DNA of 64,000 nucleotides from the human T2T-CHM13v2.0 reference genome, Homo sapiens: NCBI GenBank assembly GCA_009914755.4, contig CP068257.2, positions 39,328,001 to 39,392,000 of the forward strand, read 5' to 3'. Shown piece by piece: positions 53,151 to 64,000 of this stretch (position 1 is its first letter; each line of letters starts with the position of its first letter). The notes under the pieces were generated by a model. It saw only the letters and a program-made list of their open reading frames with translations, ran no database searches and was not told where the DNA came from. The position numbers and the translations under genes were made by a program.

Positions 53151-54784
53151 ACTACCTCCACACACACACATACACACAAACACATACCACACACACACCA
53201 CACACACCACACAAACACATACTATATACCATACACACCACACACACCACACAAACACATACTATATACCATACACACCACACACACCACACAAACACAC
53301 ACACAAACACCACATACCACACACACACCACACAAACACATACCACATACACACAAGCACATACACACACCACACAAACACACACACAAACACCACATAC
53401 CACACACACACCACACAAACACACACCACACATGCACACAAACGTCACATACCACACACACAGACATACACACACAAAGACACACACACACACCACCACA
53501 CACCCCCCACACACTGCATACCACACACACCACACAAACACACATACAAATACCACATATCATACACACCACAAAAACACATACCACATACAAGTGCACA
53601 CACACACCACATAACACACACACCACACATGCACACAGACAAACACCACATACCACACACACACCACACGAACACGCACCACACACACAAACATCACATA
53701 CCACACACACACAGACATACATAAAGACACACACACACCACCACATACCCCACACACACTACATACCACACACACACACCACATACCACACACACATAAA
53801 CACCACCTACCACATACACACACCACATACCCCCACACACGCTACTTATCACACACACCACACAAACACACACCACATACCACACACACACCACATACCA
53901 CACACACACCACACATACCCCCCCACAAGCACACACTACATACCACTACATGCCACACACATCACACAGCACACCATACAAACACATAGCACACTACATA
54001 CACATCTCACACACACATACACCCCACACACAAACACACATCATATACCACACACCACACACACACAAACACACACACACCCTCCACACACACACAAACA
54101 CACACCATATATTATACACACCACACATGCACCATACAAACACACACAGCACAAACACACATACCATACACACACCACACATACTCAACACATAAAACAC
54201 ACACCATAGAAACACACACACCACACACACAAACGCACACTACATACCACACTACATACACATCACACACACCCCCACACACAGACACACACACCACATA
54301 CAAAGACACACACCTCATACACACCACGTACCACACTACATAGACATCACACACACACCCCCACACACAAACACACACACCACACACCATATACTACACA
54401 CACACACCGCATACCACACACACCATACAAACACAACACCACACAAATGCACACACCCTACACACATCAGACATACTCACACCACACACACACCTCATAC
54501 CACACATACACCACACACACACCACATACCACACATACATCACACACACACACACACCACTGCCCACATACAAACACACACCAAACACACACACGACTCA
54601 CCACATACCACACATACACCACATACACACAAGCACGTACATCACACACAAAAACCCACACCACATGCACCACATATCACACACACCATACAAATACACA
54701 CACTACACACAAACCCACACTCACACTGCACACACACGTGCACGCACACACACACGCACACACTCATACTGCACACACACACAT
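53151..54784. repeat. About 1.63-kb CA/ACC-rich degenerate microsatellite-derived repeat; + strand is almost entirely C and A, with T and rare G
   Basis: cacacacacatacacacaaacacataccacacacacaccacacacaccacacaaacacatactatataccatacacacc... runs for about 1.6 kb. Embedded higher-order units appear (e.g. ccacacacaccacacaaacacatactatataccatacaca at 53195 and again at 53239). It produces the His/Thr-rich (+) and Cys/Val-rich (-) spurious ORFs 52981..54791. Confidence 0.9.
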
Positions 54785-57026
54785 TCATTAGAATGAAAAG
54801 AGAAAAGTTATCTGAGTACCTTGGTGCTTCCCCTCAAGCGTCTTTATTTCCCTGTTTCCTTTACAATTTGAAGATGGCCCTAACACAGGCTGAGGGGGTG
54901 ATCCTGTGGTGACAGGATCCTGTAGGAGAAGGTCATCAGTCCTGCAGCAATCCTGCAGCAGCATCTCCAGAAATGTGGGGGCTTTGTTTGCCCAGTTGAC
55001 CAATACAGTGGAAGAGACAAGCTTGAAAAGATCCCTTCCTGAGAAGGGTGGGACAGAAACCACTGCTCCACAGCCCTGAAGAAAAGCTGAGGCAGGTGCC
55101 GAGTGACCAAGGGGTGCAGGCTCTGGAGTCACCACTTGGGAGTTGGAGCCACTTTCCAGCAACGTATCCTCTCCAAGTCTCCATTTCTTCCCCAGTAAAA
55201 TGACACATGGGTTAAATGAGAGAGAGGGTGGGGATGTGGCCTGTAGGATATAAATCCATGCAAAGGACTGTCTGCCATTTGTATCAGAGACCACACCAAG
55301 AATGAGAGATGAGAGGAGGGGATTTTCTAATGTATAACAGCCAACAGGAACGAAGCTACGGAGCTGGAGAAGAGTTGGCGCTGGAGGGACGAAGCCTTGA
55401 GGTGATTGCTGAGGACCTAGCTTTCCAGAGCTCTAACAAGACAGCAGCTTGAAGGCCTAAAGTTGCTCCAAACCTTGCTTGGCCCTTTGAATGCCAGAAT
55501 GCTCCTGAGGATGAAGCATCAATAGGTCAGGAAACTGGCTTCTGCTTTCTGTCTGCAAGGACACAGTGGGGGTCTGGCCAGCCAAGGCTGCAAGCCACAG
55601 GATTGCTGTCGCGGGACAGCAGGAAGCACCTCAACAGGCAGGACTGGGTTTCCTTGAAGGCTCTGTCACTTGTTTAGGAAGAACTTAAGTTATTCCATCC
55701 CAGCTCTGTCAGGGTCTCAAGGGTCTCCTTTCCTAGGTAAAAGCATCTTTCCCCACTTGTTAGAGACCATCCATCCTGGTAGCATCCCCTAAATATTCAT
55801 GTAGTAGACCCCCTAGGGGCAGATTTATGGGGAAAATATGTGTTAGCAAAAAAATTCTAAAGAGTTTCAAATTATGGAACATTGTACAAAATGCGTGTGC
55901 TTATCAGGAGATGCAGCCTTTCCAGATATCCCTGAAGAAACTAATTTTCTTCTGAAAAGAGCTCGATTGGGAAAGTCCTACAGTTTCTGTTTTCCTAGAG
56001 GAAATGACCAACAGTATGACGATGCTTTGTCTTCTCTGCCTTCAGGCCTTCATCAGTAGAAAGAGTCTTCCCATGGAAACACACATTAAATAGAAACATT
56101 TACTCTGTATTTCATCTGTGTGTTATTTTACACAGATGTATCTGGACCCGGATTGCAATGGTTGAAGGAAAAAACTCAAGTATTTTGTGAATGTCATAGA
56201 ACAGCGGGTGATATTTTTATCTATTTTTCCAAATTCTGTAACATATTGTCTTTACAGTTCAAAAGAAATATTATGATCACGCTTGTTTAGTTTAGAGAAT
56301 CTGAGTGTGCAATGCATTCAGTTCAGAGGACTGATCTTCTAGCTTGTCGCACTTTCTCTGCATTATTGTGGGAACTGTGGTCCTGGCAGCCTCCTCTAGC
56401 TGATGCTGTGGCAGTCTAGCGGACAAGAGCAACATCATCACAAATGGGAAAACATGAGGTTTGATTTGAAGAAGCTTCCCATGAATATGACTAAGGCTTA
56501 CACTGCTGAGCAGAAAATCATACAAGGTTAAAATTTTTACAGAATTGATGTCAAAACTCACAGTGAGCCAAATACCTAAACACAGTTGACCATTGAGCAA
56601 CATGGCAGTTAGGGGTGGCAACTCAACTCCCCACGCAGTCAAAAATCTGTGTATAACTTTTGATTCCCCACAACTTAACTACTCATAGCATACTATTGAC
56701 CAGAAGCCTTGCCGATAATACACACAGTCGGTTAACAAATATTTTGTATGTTAAATGTATTATATACTGTGTTCTTACAATAAAAAAAAAGTTACTAAGA
56801 AAATCACAAGGAAGATAAATATATTTACTATTCTCTAAGTGGAAGTGGATCATCATTAAGATCTTGGTTCTCATCATCACGTTGAGTAGGCTGAGGAGGA
56901 GGAGGAAGAGGAGGGGTTGGCCTTGCTGTCTCAGAGATGACAAGAGATGAAGGAGGTGGAGGAGTTGGAAGGGGAGACAGAAGAGGCAGGCACACTTTGT
57001 GTAAACTTCATTGAAAAAAACTTCGT

Positions 57027-57378
<352 letters not shown>

Positions 57379-57775
57379 TTAAAGGCAGAAACTAAGATCT
57401 ACTGATAATCTACACTGTCAGACACGTTTTATTCTCTTTTTAAATATTCACACAACTCTCCATCACCCTCACATGACTTATAAGGCTCAAAAGAGGGAGG
57501 TGACTAATGAGTAGTAGGATTCGGAGTATAGAAACTGAGTATCTGTGATATTCCACCTGCTATTTGAAGAATACTGAGAAATTCTTTCCGTAACTCTTGT
57601 TGTCATTTGTATGTCTTCTTTGGTGAGGGTCTCTTCAGATCTTCTGCTCATTTTTTAATTGAATAGTTTGTTTCCCAATTGTTGAATTTAAAGAGTTCTT
57701 TGTATACTTTGGATTCAAGTGCTTTGGCAGATATGTGCTTTGCAAATATTTTTTTCCCAGTGTGTGTCTTCTTTT

Positions 57776-58136
<361 letters not shown>

Positions 58137-58339
58137 TAACATTTTAAGAATGTTAAGCCTTCCAATCCAAGGACATGCAATCCAGTTTACTTCATTTGAT
58201 TTTTTCATAAAAGATTGTCTTTTTCCACACACAGATTTTGTAATACTTTAAGTTTATGCCACAGAATTACAATTTTTTTTCTTTTATGTCTTTCTTTCTT
58301 GCTCTTCTATTTTTTTCCTTTTGTGTGTGTGTGCTATTC

Positions 58340-58780
58340 TGTGCTAGTTCCTAGGGCTGCTATAACAAGGTACCACAAACTTGGTGGCTTAAACAACAGA
58401 AACTTATTGTCTTACCGTTCTGGAGGCCGGAAACCCAAAATCCAGGTGCTAGCAGGGTTGATTTCTTCTGAGGGCTGTGAGAGAAGGCTCTGTCTCATGC
58501 CTGTTTTCTAGTTGCTGGAAGCTGCAGGTGTTCCCTGCCTTGTAGATTGACTACTCCCTGTGTTTTCACATCTTCTCTCTGTGCCTGGCTCTGTCTCTAC
58601 ACACGCTGTTCTTTCTAGTAGGACAGCAGTCACATTGGATTAGGGGCCTACCTTGTCTTGTAGAACCTCATTTTAGCTAATCATATCTGTAATTGCCCTA
58701 TTTCCAAATAAGGTCACATTATGAAGTACTGGGGGGTTAGAACATCAACATATTTTTTTGGAAGGGGGGGAAAATTCAAT
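58340..58780 (-). mobile_element. Interspersed repeat, LTR-like, family uncertain; same family as 11830-12240 in the opposite orientation
   Basis: ctgctataacaaggtaccacaaacttggtggcttaaacaacagaaacttattgtcttaccgttctggaggccggaaacccaaaatccaggtgctagcagggttgatttcttctgagggctgtgagagaaggctctgtctcatgcctgttttctag...gtaggacagcagtcacattggattaggggcctaccttgtcttgtagaacctcattttagctaatcatatctgtaattgccctatttccaaataaggtcacattatgaagtactggggggttagaacatcaacatattttt matches the very common ...tgctataacaaaataccacagactgggtggcttaaacaacagaaatttatttctcacagttctggaggctgg... repeat consensus. Confidence 0.5.
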
Positions 58781-60538
58781 GCATAACTTAATGTAAATGA
58801 TTTATTTGTATTTTAAATATCACATGTTCATTGCTAATATAGACACAAACAACTGAATGTTATATGTTTACTTTGTGTCCTATGGCTTACTATATTTATT
58901 ATTAGCTCCAGGAGTTTTTTGTCAATTCTTTGGGATTTTCTACATAGACAATCATGTCATCTCTAAATAAAGACAGTGTTATTTCTCCTTCTCCAATGTA
59001 TAACTTCTATTTCCTTTTTCTAGCACTAGCTACAACTTCCAGTACAATGAAGAAGTGGCGAGGAAGGACATTATTGCCATGTTCCTGATATTAGTGGTTA
59101 AGGGTCCAGGTTCTTATCATTAGCTAAGATGTTAGCTGTAGGTTTTTTTTTTTAACGTTTTATTATTAAGGTAAGGAAGACTCTCCTATTTCTCCTTGTG
59201 TGGATTTTAGTAAATTATGTCTTTCAAAAAATTGGTCCATTTCTTCTAAGTGATCAAATTTATGGGCTAGAGTCATTCGTAGTATTCCTTTTAATGTCCA
59301 TAGATCAATAGTAATGATCCTTCTTTTATTTCTGGTGTTGATATTTTTTGTCTTTTCTTGATTTTCATAGCTAGAGGTTTATCAATTTATTGATATTTTC
59401 AAAGAAATAGCTTTTAGTTTTATTGATTTTTCTCTATCATTTTTGCATTCAAAACATCCTTGATTTTTGCTCTAATTTTTATTTTTTTTCTTCTGCTTGT
59501 TTTAGGATTAAATTACCCTTCTTTCTCTAGTTTTCTAAGATGAAAACCTAGGTTGTTGACTCTAGATCTTTATGCCTTTCTAACATATACATTTAATGCT
59601 ATGAATTTCTCTCAAAGCACTGCTTTTGCTGCATCCAACTAATTTTGATTAATAGTATTTTATTTTCATTTAGATCAAAATATTTAATTTCTATGAGACT
59701 TTTTCTTTGACCAATGTACAATTTTGGCTTTTGTTGCTTAATTTCCAAATATTTAGGGATTTTCCAGCTCTCTTTCTGTTATTGATTTCTAGTTTCATTC
59801 CAATGTAGTTTAAAAACATACTCCAAAGGATTTCTATTGTTTTACAATTTTAAGGAGAGTTTTATGGCCCTGATGTAGTCTGCCATGGTAAAGATGAATT
59901 TAGGAAGAATATGTACTCTGCTGTTTTTGGGTGGAGTATTCTATACATGTCAACTAAATAAAGCTAATTATAAAGCTGTTCAGATCATCTATATCCTCAC
60001 ATATCTTCTCTGCCTGCTTAATCTACCAAGTACTGACAAAGGAACATTGAAGCCTCCAACTAAATAATCAATATGTCTTTTTCTCCTTTCAATTCTGTCA
60101 GTTTTGGCTACACATACTTGGACACTCTGTTGTGAGATTTATACATATGAAGGATTTTTATGCTGGGTTTTTTTTTTTTTTGCAGAATTAACCCATTTAT
60201 CATTAAGTGATACTCCTCACTATCTCTGATAATTTTCCATATTTTGAAATTGACTTTGCCTGAAACTAATATATCTACTTTAGCTTTCTTTTGGTTAATT
60301 TTAGAATAATATATCTTGTTTCAGCTCTTTAACTTCCCTGAGTCTTTAAATTTAGAGACTTGTGTCTTATTTTTAATCCACCCTGACAATCTCTGTCCTT
60401 TAATTATATGTAGACTATTCATATTAAAGTGACTATTGATACAGTTGGATTAATAGCTACCATGTTTGCAGCTGTTTTCTACCTGTTGCACTTCTGGTGT
60501 CTTTATCTCATCTCCTTTTCTGCCTACATTAGTTTTAG

Positions 60539-60921
<383 letters not shown>

Positions 60922-61999
60922 CAATTATCCTTATTTTTTTTAAATAGGTTTTGCACCAGAGTTTGAAATATACATTTTAATTAGCCTAAGTCCACCTTCA
61001 AATAATAGTACGCTACTTCACAAGTAGTGCTGATACCTTATAACAGAGTATTCCTAATTCTTTCCTCCCATTCTTTGTAACATTGTTATAATTCATTCAT
61101 TTATCCATACGCTATACTCACTTAATACATTATTGCTATTATTATTTTAAGCAGTGAGCCGAGATCGTGCTTTTAGATGAAGTATAAATAAGAAAAATCA
61201 AAGTTTCAATTTTTTCTTCATTTATTCTTTCTCCAATGTTCTTTTTATTCATGTAAATCCTGGTTTCTGACCTATGTCATCTTATTTCTTTATAGAGAAA
61301 TTATTTTAACATTTCTTACAGGAAAGGTCTATGTACTAGTGATAAATTTCCTCAGTTTTTGTTTCTTTGAGAAAACTTCTATTTCTCCTCACTTTTGAAG
61401 GATAATTTTGTTGGATATAGAATTCTAGGTTGGCATTTTGTTTTTGTTTTTTTCTTCCAAAACCTAAAATATTTTATTTACTCCATTTTCTTCCCGCTTT
61501 CATGGTTTCTGATGAAAAGTCCACTGTAATTCTTATCTTTGTTCCTTTATAGGTAAAATTATTTCTTTTTCCTCTGACTGCTTGCAACATTTTCTCTATA
61601 TCTTTGCTTTTCTGTAGCTTAAATGGTAGATATGCATAGGTGTAGATATTTTGGGAGCTTTCTGGATCTGTGTTTAGGTGTCTGTCATTCATTTTGAAAA
61701 CTCAGCCATTATCACTTCAAATATTTCTTCTTTTCAGTTCTCTCTCTCTTTTCCTTTTGGTGTTTCAATTATGTGTCTGTCATACCTTTTGAAGTTATCT
61801 CACAGTTCTTGGATGTTCTGTTCTTTCTGTTCCTTCTTGTTGTTGTTCATTCTCTTTCCCTTTGCATTTCAGATGGGAAGTTTCTATTAACTTATGTTCA
61901 GGTTCACTAATGCGTTCCTCCACCTGTCCAGTCTACTGATGAGCCTGTCAAAAGCATTCTTTACTTCTGTTATAATGTTTTGTTTCTATTTTTAAAATT

Positions 62000-62429
<430 letters not shown>

Positions 62430-64000
62430 TAATCAAAGTTATTTTAAATCTCGTCTGATAACTCTAATATCTGTCATCTATGAGTCTGATTCTGATGCTT
62501 CAGACCCCTTAGTCTCTTCAAACTATTTTTTTCCTTTTAAAATTTCATGTAAATCTATGGTGAAAGCTGGATGTAACATATCCAGTAACAGGCAATGAGG
62601 TAAGTAGGTCTGAAGTGCTAGGTTTTAAGTTAATCTGGCTGAGAGTTGCACTGTGTTTAATGCTTGCTGTAGCTGTAGGTGCCGGAGGTGTCAGATTCCT
62701 CCAGCACCCTTGTTTTTGTCCTCCCCTGATGTCCTAGTGCTTCCCTGAGAACCTTTCCTTAGAAGAGCCTGTGCCTTGCAGCAGTCTCAGCTCCAAGCCA
62801 GTCCTGATGCCCTGGAACCCTGTTGCCATGGAGGTAATATGAGGAGGGGCATTCTAAAATCTTATTAATAGGATTAAAACCGAGTGTCTTTTTGGCCTTT
62901 AGACTTGGCTGTGATATTCACAAGCATGTCTTAGGTATTTTCCTCCCTGAAGTGCTACAGGAAGGCTAGAAGGAGCCCCCAGATTGGGATAAGGCTCTAA
63001 CGAAGCATTTCCCCTTGCTGGTGGGGCCTTAGTTATGGAGAATACCCTGGATATACTTCAGAATGGTTACTTTTCCCCTCCCTTTGCCAAAGACAACAAG
63101 ATTTTCCTTGGCTCTTCGATGTGAGAACCTGGTAGCATTCCTAGAGGTAAAGCCTACAAAAATATGGAGCCCCCTAAGACTGCAGTCCTAGGAATTTCCT
63201 ACCCTCACACCGGTCCATACTCAGCTTCCAGCAATCCAACAACATTACCAGTTACATGCTCCTACCTCATGGTGCCAGTGACATCTGCTCCAGACAAGCA
63301 GATCTGGGTGGCTACATCTTTCTAGTGCTCTGATGGATTGAAAAGAGCTTTTTGATTTTTAGCTTTTTTAGCTCTTTTCTTGTTGGAAGGATGGGAGTAA
63401 TGACTTTCAAACTCTTTACATTTTGAAGCTGAAACTAGAAATCCTGGATATATTTTTTAAGGTTAAAAAAAATAGGCTTCCAGTCATGCTGGATATGGAG
63501 GTGAGAAAAAAGAAATTGATTGGAAATTTTTAGTTATAATGATCAAAAGTTGCATTCACCATACACACTGTTTGTGGCCTATAAGCGTTACCTGGTGTTG
63601 GAAAAACAGTCCATTACATGTTATTCCTCAGCTTGCTTCTGAATTCAGAGGCCCTGAGCCAGTTAAGCTGGTATTATTTCCATTACGAGGTGGCACAGCA
63701 AACACTGTGTGCGTCTGGGTTCAGAATTACTTTGCCCTTCAGAATTACCCAAGGGAAATCTTGAGAAAAATACCTTCTAAATGGGTAATTTTAACAGTGC
63801 TGTGTTATAAACATTTCCTTGGCTCCAAGTCAGGCACTCTGCAGCTTTCGGCAGCTACTGGGTCTGAGATGCTGTTTCTGCTGTTTGAAGCTTACTGTCT
63901 CCATGTTACAGACAACAGCCTGCAGCCCCAGGGATGCCAAGGTACTGGCAAACTTTGGGAATGAACATTTAGTGGAGGAGGCCTACACCTAACCCTATTA

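Noticed and set aside
52981-54791. Cluster of long ORFs on both strands (247 aa His/Thr-rich on +; 134-177 aa Cys/Val-rich on -)
   Set aside because: They are translations of the CA/ACC-rich simple repeat. Amino-acid composition is extremely biased (H, T, P, Y on one strand; C, V, G, W, M on the other), with no start-codon context or domain-like structure.
63539-63964. 141-aa ORF near the window end
   Set aside because: No recognisable domain, typical random-ORF composition, no CpG island or promoter upstream and no splice-site pattern I can support. A compatible length alone is not evidence.

Overview
This 64-kb window is primate (human-type) nuclear DNA: AT-rich, with few CpGs and many repeats. 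It is not prokaryotic. There are at least 12 Alu SINEs, several carrying target-site duplications. It holds young L1PA 3' ends and a large cluster of old L1M fragments. It also has MaLR (THE1/MST-type) solo LTRs and other unclassified repeats. I found no credible cellular protein-coding gene, tRNA, rRNA or CpG-island promoter. Every long ORF in the supplied track is explained by transposon remnants or by translation of low-complexity repeats. The most notable feature is a near-complete HERV-H provirus of about 5.9 kb at 15226-21156 on the + strand. It is flanked by two LTR7 copies about 97% identical, has a tRNA-His primer binding site with one mismatch, and sits between 5-bp ATATT target-site duplications. 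Inside are a 42-bp tandem repeat in the leader, a CCHC nucleocapsid remnant, protease, reverse transcriptase and integrase remnants, a polypurine tract, and no env. Other points worth a second look: a 1.6-kb strand-asymmetric CA/ACC-rich complex repeat (53.15-54.78 kb); a roughly 390-bp polypurine (GGAA-type) tract (30.14-30.53 kb); an L1PA nested in an older L1 with an intact 12-bp TSD; an AluS/Y with a 16-bp TSD and a (TTTA)n tail; and an unexplained 1-kb GC-rich block with an internal ~290-bp direct duplication where an old L1's RT domain should be (50.44-51.48 kb). I see no novel biological system in the prokaryotic sense. The realistic candidate for function is the HERV-H LTR7 promoter, a class known to drive lncRNAs in pluripotent cells.
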